Shown piece by piece: positions 21,749-32,998 of a DNA stretch of 46,702 nt (position 1 is its first letter; every line of letters starts with the position of its first letter). The stretch spans positions 1 to 46,702 of the forward strand of contig CAXUUL010000048.1 in the NCBI GenBank assembly GCA_964255285.1, given 5' to 3'. The position numbers and the translations under genes were made by a program. This stretch comes from Ionaspis alba. Its lineage: Eukaryota. The notes under the pieces are model-generated. The model saw nothing but the letters and a program-made list of their open reading frames with translations, ran no database searches and was not told where the DNA came from.

Positions 21749-22975
21749 ATGTCGCACAGTAAATACAGGAAAGATATCTTACAGTGAGTTGATATACTAA
21801 CCTTGATTACTAGGTAAACGAAATACGTCTCTTGCTTTCTTCACGTCCTACGAGCGGTCTCTCCTAAAGTCTACATGGGGTTCCCAGGCAACCCGGCTTT
21901 CCCGTGACTCCTTCCTCCCTTTCGCGTCATGTCGTCTCTGTCTCCAAATTGCTCGTGACCCCGTTGCATGCGCAGCAAGCGGAGACATTTTTTGTCGAGA
22001 ATGCGCTATAAGTAATCTCCTGGCACAAAAGAAGGAGATCAATAGGCTTGAGAAGGACTTCGAGAGGAGGAAAAAGGAGGAAGAAGAGCAAGAGAATGAG
22101 AAGGGCGAGGAGGAGAAGGAAAGAGCGGTAGAAGACTTCGAAAGGGTCATGAACGGCCTAAGCAAGGCGTCACAAAAACGAGACAACGGCGCCACTTTGC
22201 TGGAGAGGCCGCCAGAAGCTGCGATAGAAGGTCGTGGTGTGAAGCGGAAATTTGAATTGGATGAGGAAGAGATGCTGAAGAACGCCCAGGAGGAGCGAGT
22301 GAAGGCTCGGAGGGCGTTGGATGAGGAGAAGGTAGGATTCGCCTTGGCCAGCGGCTATTACAACATATTTTTTACTAATCTACACGAAAGTCCTCGAAAG
22401 CAAGGCTTCCATCCTTCTGGGTACCGTCCTTGACACCTTCCTCCGGAGTTACGAGCACTACAAAAGTCCTCAAGCTGCATCCGTTATGTCCTGCATCCTC
22501 TCTTGATTCGCCGCATTCACTCTCCCTTAGAGAACTCATCTCCGTCCATTTCAGCACCTCAAGATCTGCCCTAGACCCATCTACTTCTCAGTTGGAGTCT
22601 ACTCGGATATGCCCTGCCTGTAAAAAGGCGTTGAAGAATGGTGTCAAGGCAATGCTCACCGTTCCTTGCGGTCATGTGATTTGCAAAGCGTGTGTAGGGA
22701 AGTTCATGACGCCTGATAAAGGAACACCCGATCCTCATGCAGCTCACAATGGGATCACAGATGAGCTTAAGGTAGTATGCTATGTTTGTGAAGAAGACCT
22801 AACTGCAATAGAGCCCACGGAAAAGGACAAGCCGGAAAGGGCTAGTAAACTGGGGAAGAAAGGGGAGAAGGCCAAACTCAAACCAGGTCTTGTGGAGATA
22901 TCCGCTGAAGGCACAGGATTTGCTGGTGGTGGTCAGAATATGGCGAAGCGGGAAGGCGTGGCTTTCCAGTGTTGA
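21749..22975 (+). CDS. NOSIP-like RING/U-box protein
   Basis: Exons 21749-21758, 21814-22331, 22391-22975. MSHSKRNTSLAFFTSYER...WGSQATRLSRDSFLPFASCRLCL, LPSFWVPSLTP, RING CPAC..CGHVICKAC..CYVC and EGTGFAGGG. Confidence 0.88.
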
Positions 22976-23635
22976 AAGAACATCTTGAAACCCAGCCTCA
23001 TCGGAGGCTATATGTTATCGTGCATGAACTCTGCAACTTTGCGGCTGAAAAGCACTTGCATGATACACGGAGGCTTTTAAAAATCTCCGTCTGTATCAAT
23101 CAAAGGGGCGAAGTTGATGGCCCCCACCAGTTCAAGGAATTAGGCGATCAAAATAGAAGCAAATCCGAGTCTAGTCGGCAACCTCCATCTAGTCGTTGTG
23201 CATTAGATCGGCGGACGATCTTCCAATCCGAATCAGACGGACCTGCATCCTGCAGCTGGGGCCGGGTCAACGAGGCTGACCATATTATCATACAAGGTTG
23301 AAGATGACACCCTAATTAAGGAGGCATATTTTGGCTTGAGAGCTCTTGCAATCCCAATTGCTGTTAGCCGCACATTTCTCGAAGCACTGCCCTGTTTTCT
23401 CAATGTCATTCGGTCCCACCCACCATACTAAGCATCTTCTAAGTCTCCGTACATCAAGGCCATATAAGATACTGGGGCCTAATTGTGACTGCGAAGAAAA
23501 TGTTATAATTCCTCTCCTTATTTCAGGGCGTTTTCCCAGTATCCCACGCATTTATATTTCCACTTCGACCTGGCTCAAGTTCTGAGTGGCTCCTTCTCGT
23601 CTTTCTGTTACTCTTAATATAATATCGGCTCCACA

Positions 23636-25311
23636 ATGGCGCATTCAAATGCACCGCTTGTGGGCAACAAGCATCTTTCGACCAGGCAGCCGTCACCAGG
23701 CATAGACGAGCGACTACCCCAAGACGGTACTATCATCGAGTACAACGAAGAGTATGAGAAGTTAAATTCTTCTTATCAACTTTCGTGGAACAAATTGATG
23801 GAGGAGGGGCCGTATGAAGTATCTTCTGCCTATCAGAAGGTTGCTGTTCTACTCATATCCTGGGCCAAAGAGTTTGACGACCTAGGCGTGGAGAACGAGG
23901 TAATATTCCCAGCCCTTATGTACGTACAATAGCTAATGGTTGGAGGTGCATGAGCTTGGAGCAGTCTTCAAAGATATCTACAACTTCAAAGTTCGACCGG
24001 TTCAGCTCCGGTGCGAGAGCGGAAAGAACCCACAAACCCGAGTGACTCGTCATGTAGCTGAGTTCGTGGATGATGAAGGCGGCCCTAGAACATTGTTGAT
24101 AGTTTACTACGCTGGGCATGGAACACCAGGACGTATCGACGGCTTTCTGGAGCTCGCTGGGTGAGACTTTCCTAGGCCAGCTCCACGTTTCCATTGTCGG
24201 GTGCTGATAGCATACAGGAAGAGTACTCCTAACCAGATCAGGGAGAAACTAGATAAGGTAGTGTGGAACTGGACGGAATATGCTTTGAGAGGGACAAATG
24301 CCGACGTCCTCGAGATCTTTGACTGGTAAGAAGGCTAGTGAGGAAAATCAAAAACACGTACTGAGTACTTGCATTACTAGTTGCTACGCAGGAGGGATTG
24401 GTGGTTTGAATAGAGATATAGGAAAAAAGTAGGTGTCAAACTCTTGCTAGCGTCAAAAATTACTTAGCAGCTCTAGGGCATTCGAATTCCTCGCTGCGAC
24501 ATCTTCCAATTCTCTAACCAGACTACCCGGAGAGCAGTCATTCACCACAGCACTTATTTGGGCGCTCAAAGAATTTGCGAACAAAGGACGGCGTTTCACA
24601 ACGTCCGAGCTCCTGAATAAGATTAGAGAGGATGCTCCGAACTTTCCAAAGAAGCAGGTGCCTGTTCTTTCCGAGCGAGGTGGTGCCAGCTCTTCAGAAC
24701 GAATCATGCTTGAGCCCATTCCCAGACCTGGTGATCCGGCATCGTCGAAGACTCGCCGCACGACGGAGTCGACCACACAAGAGCTGCTCACCCTACAATT
24801 CATGTTCAAAGCACGTCCAAGTCCAGAGGAGGTCGAGCGATTGGGTCTGGAGCTGAATGGAATTATGGCAAAACATCCCTTTGGCGTGAATCGTATCATG
24901 TGGGGAGGATTGAAGTCATGGCCGAATTCCGTCATTGTCGAGGCAGCAAGCAAATTCAAAGCCTTGGGATCCAAACGGCAGCTGAGAAATGCTTTCTCCA
25001 GCAATGGGCCGGAAGTGGAGGATTTCCGCGACGATCTCACGCCCAGTCTCAACCCCGTCTTCGTCTCAAAACAGGATGTTCGTGACGCCTTTCGCTCTGA
25101 GTTAAGTCACGAGCTCATGCATAAAACTGTGTCTTATCATTCGAGAATGCTCGTCTTCGCTTTGTGGGCCTCGGTCTTGTCTTTGAGTCGGCTGTTCCCG
25201 GACAAATCTCTAAGCTTCCGTGTCACCCAAGGACTTATTATGGTCTTGACATTGTGTACTGCAATATGGATTGGCTTGGGACCCTTATGGATAAGCAACG
25301 GTGCCATGTAG
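23636..25311 (+). CDS. Caspase-fold (clan CD, peptidase C14-like) putative cysteine protease with C-terminal hydrophobic segments
   Basis: Exons 23636-23899, 23946-24160, 24218-24325, 24381-24428, 24477-25311. Motifs VAVLLISW, LLIVYYAGHG (His), VLEIFDC|CYAG (Cys), EFLAA and SFTTALIWAL. The intron 1 acceptor (GAG) is atypical. Confidence 0.8.
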
Positions 25312-25990
25312 ACCGCTATCGAAAAGGATCAACAATATCTGAGCTCACACTGACGCCTTGGACTACTTCAATCACTCAGACAAGAAAGAAATCTCATCGC
25401 TATGTATTGCAATGCTTTAAATTCAGCATTTTTTTGGAGCAGGACTCATTGAGGAGTAGCGAAGATTCAGGCTGGACAACAAAGGTTAGGATTTCCCGAG
25501 TGACGAACAATTCATGACTTATAAGAAAGAGTTGACTTAATCTAGGAAAAATGAGTCGAACTGGTAGTCATCAAGAACATGGTGCCTTTTCAGGAATTGT
25601 CGCACCTGTGCTACAGAACAGTTGCGCAAAAGGGTGCCATGAGGGAATAGGAAGGAGACCTGGCGCAGACACTGTCAGCAGGCATTCTGATTTCATGACC
25701 TGCGATCGATAAAAAGCAATCTATTTTGCATGGATCTAATGCAGTTTGTTATCTTTTGCGTGCTCCGCCACTTGTACCACCACACCATTCGTCTCTTCAG
25801 CTGGCCCCCATCGCTTGTAAACCTACTCTGGAAGCGCGAGGGCCATTCGCAGAGCAGAGCCTCATTCAAGAGCACAAAAGGCTGAGATCGTACTTTACAT
25901 CCTCCAACTCGAATCTGCCTTGCGTCTGAAACTCATTCGACACCTGGAATTAGTCTATTTCATGCACTCTCTGGGCGCTCTCATTTCAGG

Positions 25991-26380
25991 ATGTCAGAAC
26001 CACTAAAGGTATTACAACGGCTTGTGATGGGACTTTGAGCTTACATTGGCTATGGCTCTAGAAAGCGACAAGTCCCGAATATAGATCATACGTCCCACCT
26101 CAACCAATAGAACAAGTATGACTCTCCCAGCGACCGGAAATGGAGAACGGGCAAATATTTGAACGCCAACTAACGAGCACATTTATAGCCTGAGTCCTCT
26201 TTCGAAGTCGATGATAAAGTCTACATGAAAAATCCGAGCACTGACAAATTTGAATGGCTCATGACGGTGGTATCGCGGTCGTATAACAGCGATAGACCTG
26301 GGTGGAATTACAAAGTCAAAGATTCTGATGGAAAAGAGTACCCGTCTGAGGTGGTAGAAGATGATCTGGAGGACGCCTAG
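25991..26380 (+). CDS. Hidden 87-aa three-exon microprotein with SH3/Tudor-like beta-barrel pattern
   Basis: Exons 25991-26008, 26062-26115, 26189-26380; both introns phase 0 (GTATTA..TAG and GTATGA..CTAAC..TAG). Product MSEPLKKATSPEYRSYVPPQPIEQPESSFEVDDKVYMKNPSTDKFEWLMTVVSRSYNSDRPGWNYKVKDSDGKEYPSEVVEDDLEDA. Confidence 0.72.
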
Positions 26381-26754
26381 ATCGTTCAATATAAGCCAAT
26401 AGAGTCTTCCATTCCTACTGCTGTTCGATGCCTGTGGGTTGGTGGCGCCCGGTCAGTCAATCATTGATAGTCAAGAATCGAATATGCCTTGCAATGCCGG
26501 CTAGACCTAGAAGCCGGCCATGTGTAACATGAGCCTTGTGGTGCGGGACCCAGAAATATGACCTGAGGGTGCAATGCAGGCATTCACCCGATGCTCTCTA
26601 CTAATCAACTTAATCGACCACTCACCGTGTGCATGAATATGCATCGAATGCTCTTGAGTCTCCCTTGGACTCAAGTGCGCACTGATCATAAGACTGCGTT
26701 ATCCCCGGCCTTGTTCTCCTCACCCAGACCCTATGCATTGTACCAAGCAAAATC

Positions 26755-28265
26755 ATGGAGGCATCGAACATTTCAAGTGCATTAGCTAATGACTTGGAAC
26801 GGGGCGAGGCTGTCTCTTCCACCCACTACTATGAGAAAAAGGATCCAAGTAGTCCAACAATCAGTGATGGCACGACTTTGAGATCAAGTGTGCGCAACCC
26901 ACTTCGACGTGAGCCTAGCGTTCAATCCTGCCTTCCCAAGCCAACGCCTGACATGAACAGTGATCCGTACACTACCATCTTGGAGTCGAAAATGGGGAAG
27001 TCCCGGCGCAGGTTTGCCCGCCGCCAAGCCGAGATCGAGAACGATTATCAGGAAACGTAGGCCAGCTCAAATTCATGGAACGTGCTTCACTTCACTAAAG
27101 TCAATCAGTCGAGGACTATCCTATTGGCTATCCAAAAGTTGCAACGTTCCTAGACAGCGACGACTGTTTCATGATTTATCGACGCTTCGGTCATCTGCAC
27201 TCTAGACTGCTTCTCTATAAACAGGACGAATTGCGGATGCTCGAAAATGAACTCTACCGAATGGATCACCGCGACTTCAAGGACGACAAATCCAGGAAAT
27301 GCCTCAAGTCCCGTAGCAAAGACGATGCGCGTAAGGGCATTCCCGTCGGGGAGTCGCGGAAAGAGCTGCTGCAGAAGATTGAGAAAAAAATCTTAGAATA
27401 TGGTCCTTGTGCTTTGTTTCAAATTCCTTTTGACTCATGCTAACGGCTGATGCAGGCCAAATCTTCCAACAGGCCCAGCAATTCGTAGGAACAAACAAGC
27501 CGCCCCGGCGAGACCAAGCAAGTGTACAGAACTTCTTAAACATGGACCCTCCACTGCTCGAAGGAGATAGCAAGTTCATCTATGAAGCTGAGGACCTAGT
27601 CACTCTCAGACCCGGCCGCGAGAATGCGTGGCTAGATGCATGTGTTGAACGATCTCTAAGGTTTTTTCATTGCCTACCCATCAACGTAAGCTGCTCAATA
27701 AACAATATGTTTATGGCGCTGACATCTTTGCACAGCGCATGTTTTGTTCAGAGGTCAATTTCTCTAAGTTCATATATGACAGCTACATCAGAGAACACTG
27801 ACATGGGGTATTAGGAAACCAAAGCCAAAAGTGCCGACCCCAGGATAATATATTTCACTAAGTCACGGATTGACTTCTTAGTCACCCTCATAATTACATG
27901 CATGATTCTCATATTGCTGGTCGTTCCGATTTGGGTCCTTTATCACCTCACAGTTACTCTTGACACTAACACCTCTAATACAATCTGCATCGGTGTCCTC
28001 CTGATCTCGACCCTGATATTCTCGGCCGTGCTATCTCTATTTACAAAGGCAAGACGACACGAAATACTGGCGGCCTCTGCCGGGTGAGTTCCGCAATTTC
28101 ACAGTGCATTTCATTTGAAGATTCGGTCAGAGCTTCGGTCCAGGAGCAATTAGTACAAGCGTCCGGTCACGCATAAATACTAAAGCTGTCTCCGACAGGT
28201 ATTGTGCTGTATTGGTGGTATTTGTTGGAAATGTAGGTGGACACGCGCCTGTGAGCGGGCCCTGA
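26755..28265 (+). CDS. DUF6594-like protein with C-terminal transmembrane helices
   Basis: Exons 26755-27056, 27101-27402, 27456-27685, 27736-27753, 27815-28083, 28199-28265 (intron 1 acceptor uncertain). Motifs EDYPIGYPKVATFLDSD..IYRRFGHLHSRLLLYKQDEL, EDLVTL and FSAVLSLFTKARRHEILAASAGYCAVLVVFVGN. Confidence 0.82.
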
Positions 28266-28954
28266 ATCTCAGGCGTTTGAAGGTCAAAGCGTCTTCTTTA
28301 GACAGCGACTGCCTGGTATGCTGAAATAAGCACCGTGGTACAAGAGTCATCAACGAGCATGGCGTGGCCTCGGTGGATCATTCACGACGAAACGAAATGT
28401 TACGATCTCTGAATCTCGCTAGATGGTTCGAGGGATGGCTCTTGTCAGCTATTCCCACGTAGATTTCGATGGAGGTGCTACGACATGCATGCCTAGTCTA
28501 TCCCCTGATTATGAATTGACACCGGTTTATCCCGAACGTGGATAAGACCATGAGCATCTCGGACTGGCTCTGTGAGGAGCGATCCACGTCCGTAGAATAA
28601 GCCTCTTGTGCTTGGCCCAATATAATGGGTGTCGTTCCGCATTGTATTCTGGATGTCGTGACATTCATGCAAGCGTTTGTCGTGAATCCGGGACGACCAA
28701 GCCGTAGGGTTAGTCCCTACTCGCGTGCCAACGGATTCATGGCGATGCTCGGAACGGCAGACCGTCACCCAAGGCACGATGACTTCATCCCAGAATTACA
28801 GGTAGCCAAATATGGGACAAACCGGAGAGAGCACTGAGAGAGTGGTCCGCTCAATGAAATGAAATGACCATTAAAGAACAGCATAGACTACAACCGTCGA
28901 TTGATCTTGAACCTCCCAGAGTTAAGATTTGGTAATAAGTGCTAAGCGTTGATC

Positions 28955-30424
28955 ATGTCTGACCCCAACAACCCCAACATCGCGAAGCGAGAGACGCCTC
29001 AATGGTCCCTCTATCAACGCGAGAACTTCTGGAAGCCAAATAGCGGAGAGGTGCCTCCATTCAATACTGGTAGGACCCCTTCATATCAGAGCTATACATC
29101 AATTGATATTCCCGCACCCAGAGCCTGGCAGACTAGAAGAGCTCGCCAAGGAAAAGCTGACCCAAGGAGGATGGCATGTATCCCTCTCTCCTGCTCAGCC
29201 ATTTTCGGCAACGACCCTATTTTGCTCCCATTACCGCTTTCATGATCTCTTTCAGCTGATGCATTCGAAGGCTCTACGCGTCGTCCAACGCCGGACAATC
29301 GTACACTCACCTCGCCAACCGTCAAGCCTTCTTTCGACACCGCATCATTCCCCGCCAGCTCGTCGACACCAACCTCCGTGACACACGGACCAGCATCTTT
29401 GGCCACACCGTGTCGGCACCTATCGGATTCGCTCCTATAGGCATCAACAAGATCTATCACCCGCTCGGTGAGCTACCAGTTGCAAAGGTTGCTGGCGAGC
29501 TCAATCTTCCCTATTGCTTATCCACAGCTGGGTCAACAGCAATCGAAGATGTGGCGAAGGCCAATGGCCAGGGTCCGAGGTTCTATCAGCTGTATATGCC
29601 GCACGATGATGAGTTGACGGTGTCGCTGTTGACGAGGGCATGGAAAAGCGGCTTCGATGTTTGTATATTGACAACAGACACATGGCAGCTTGGTTGGCGA
29701 CACGACGATGTGGCCACGGGCAACTATGCTTTCTATCGTGGCATTGGCGCCGATCTTGGACTCACTGATCCAGTCTTTCAGAAGCGTTTGGCAGCCAAGG
29801 GGATTGACCCTGCAGAAGATCCACAGCGGGCTGGTGCCGAATGGATCGATAGTGTGTGGCACGGGCGAGCCTGGAGCTGGGAGAAGATCCCTTGGCTGAT
29901 CAAGACATGGAAGAGCATCAGTGGAGGTAAGCCTTTCTGTCTTAAGGGCATTCAGAGTGTAGCAGATGCCATGAAGGCAGTCGAGGTGGGTTGCGATGGA
30001 ATTGTGGTCAGCAACCATGCCGGGAGGCAAGTGGATGGAGCCATCGCAAGCCTGGACGCTCTGGAAAATATAGTGGCGGCTGTGGGAGACAAGACGTACA
30101 TAATGTATGACTCGGGGATCAGGGGTGGAGCGGATGTGCTGAAGGCGTTGGCCATTGGTGCCAAGTTCGTGTTTGTTGGGAGACTGTGGATTTGGGGACT
30201 GAGCATCATGGGAGAAGCTGGAGTGAGGCATGTTATGAAGGGCTTACTCGCGGACTTTGACATTCTGATGAACGTTGGAGGATTCCGAAACATCGGACAA
30301 ATCGATAAGAGTGTGCTTGGTGAGTTTGTCCCCGTACTTGTCGAGCTGATGAGAATATACTGACCTTGGGATAGAATCTTATCCAAAGGGTTATGCTATG
30401 ATAGCAGAGAAGTCGAAGCTCTAG
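28955..30424 (+). CDS. FMN-dependent alpha-hydroxy acid oxidase/dehydrogenase (lactate oxidase/monooxygenase-like), peroxisomal
   Basis: Exons 28955-29069, 29122-29173, 29271-30319, 30375-30424. Motifs LKGIQS, VVSNHAGRQVDG and DSGIRGGAD; C-terminal -SKL (PTS1). Confidence 0.93.
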
Positions 30425-30667
30425 GGTCTTGACGATCAACGGCAGATGAGAACTCATTATATTCAAGAAACAACGAGACGAGTCGAACAAAGTGACCATT
30501 GACCGAATCTAAATCTTTTGTCTACGAACGTAGTGAATCTAGTAGTCCTTCTTTAGCATCTAGAATGCGTTTTGCTTTTGCACACTTACCTAACATATAT
30601 CCGATATAAGTGGCCCCGAACCCTACAATCAACCCTTCCAAAGAAGCTAGCAAGTCTGAAACGACAT

Positions 30668-32611
30668 CTAAGGACGGGCCCGGAAAGTTACCTCGCCGTG
30701 CCCTGAGCTTGTGCTTTCTGCAAGACCGAATCTTCGTTGTTCCTCTGGATACTCTTCCATGCTGCTCGAACATCCATCCAGCATGGACGATGTGTCTGTA
30801 TCTGAATGGGGACCGCGCGGATCTGAAGGCTGAGGCTCCCCAAGTCCATCATATGGTATGAGGGAATAGTCTGTTACCTCCAAGTCGAGTCTGATATCTC
30901 TGGCGTTGTCGTACCCATGTCCATGATCCCCTTCATCATCGTCATATTCCTGTAGGAAGGGGTCGCTTTCAAAGTCGAGTAGAAGTTCTCCAGAGCTTTC
31001 CTCGGACAGGCAAATATCATCTAAGAGATCGTCAGGGTCTACATCGGAGGTCAGAAGCAGATGTTCATCTCCATGGACAGAGGGTGACCATAGCTCGTTC
31101 ACAAGTCTAGGGGGTGAGTCGGAGTCAAGTATGATCTCTCTTTCCTGGTGAGTTTGCACCTTGGAGCTACTGAAATCAAACAACCTCAATTTGCGAGCTA
31201 CGGATGGATCAAATAACGATTTCTGGGCCGCGGTCCATATTCGAGCGCGGAGCGCAGAATTGATATCTTTTATACTTGGCTGCATTGTCTCGTTGCTGGC
31301 TTCTCGTGTCTGATTTTGAGAGGGCTCCCGCAAACTCATCTTTTCAAACATCGTACGGAGATCTGAAGATTTCGTATGTCGATAGATTCCAGAGACAGAT
31401 CGAGCGAGTGTAGGTAGTAGGTAGTTCCGATATGACATAGCCTGCGTTCTTGATCAGAGTGACCCAAGTTTTCTGGCTGCATCATCTACACACCTGGCGG
31501 TAACCCGGACTGAACAATACCGGTGCGATCGCTGCCAATTTGGGCCCGGGAGAATTTTCCGTAAGCTGGATGCCCACTGGGCTCTGCACTCTACTGTCGC
31601 ATATCATGGTGCGAATTGCTGCGTCCACGAGCCTGGGGATACCAGTAGCAGCAATTTCATATCCCCATCTGGTACTGTTTGCCCTGGATATCTTTCTCCA
31701 ATTTTTTGGCTTCGATGTGTCAAGAGAGTGTCCAAATGAGCCAAGGTGACTGCCAGCGACACTTAGCTTTTCCGTGGTGTTGGAGGTATTGTCGTTGCTT
31801 AAGATAGTGTCGTTGTCCAGCATATAATCCCAAGGACTTCCTGTCGTAGGCTGCGATGCCGATCTAGGAAGTACCATTTCCACATCTGAGACCATTGAAC
31901 ACAGCTCAGGAGTTGGCTGTGAAAAAGCACCCGCCTCCTTCAAGCTATGATTTGGTCCCGACAGTGGACCTTCTCGTACGAGACTTTCCCCCTTATGTAC
32001 CTTCCGCCTCTTGCTCCGCTTTTTGTGATAGGGCATCCCCCGGAATGTAAATTGTACATTGATCTCCTCTAGGCTAGCCAGCGGCACGCCGAGTGGAGGC
32101 TTGGTATTTACAGCGATTGAAGCATGGCCGGCTGGTACGCTCGAAGTTGTCTGATCGTCACTCTGTAACGATAGTATCATCTCGCCTGGCTTGCCATTGC
32201 CATCAAGTCCTGTCACTGGCAATATAAGAGAGGCTCGTAAACTAAGCAGAGGCCAGATCTAAGTAGCACTTTGTCAGTCAAACACTACTATTACCAATGG
32301 CACCACTGAACCTCTGACTCGACAAGTCGAATGGCGAGCTCATCGAGAAGGCTCTTCCTTTCGCTTTCACTCCAAGGTATGTCGTCTATAACATTATTTA
32401 TACTAAGCCGCAGTCCCTGACCACGGTCGACCCATATTTGCTGATAGGTCAACAGTTCAGTATTTGTTTCAATAGTCTCAATGTGCTTGTAAGTATGTGG
32501 AAAAAATAAACGAATTGAACATGAAGAAAAGAGTTCAAGAGACTGTTCGGAGTAGGTATGAGCAAGATTGCATATCTGGATCTCTAAGCGCCGCCCACTC
32601 TGCAGGGCCAT
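30668..32611 (-). CDS. Hypothetical protein (three exons, acidic C-terminus)
   Basis: Three consecutive ORFs joined in frame by GT-AG introns 32311-32259 and 31493-31442. No recognisable domain. Confidence 0.65.
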
Positions 32612-32998
32612 AAGAATGATGTGGATAGTTTTGAAGCTTTAATACTTCCATCACAATGGATTCGTCATCTGCTAAAATGAACGAAAGGAAAGAATGAAAG
32701 CACCGAATCAGGTTACAAAGTATTCACGAGATACAATGTCCCCGAGCTGATTTAATACCGTACAGAGATCTTCCGTCGGTGGAATTGAGGGCCCTTAAAT
32801 TGCCCATAAAGCGGTGCCTTGTACTGCTCACGAACAGTCAAGGATACTTTGAGGAGGGATTGGAATTGCAAGAAACGAAGAGTTGCCAAGCAGACCCCAC
32901 GGATCTATCCGGTTTTCAGGCTCCCCTGTAAACAGTTCACTTCACACTCTTCCTGCAGACACCAAGCACTGCTATTGATGAGACAACACGACGGTGCA

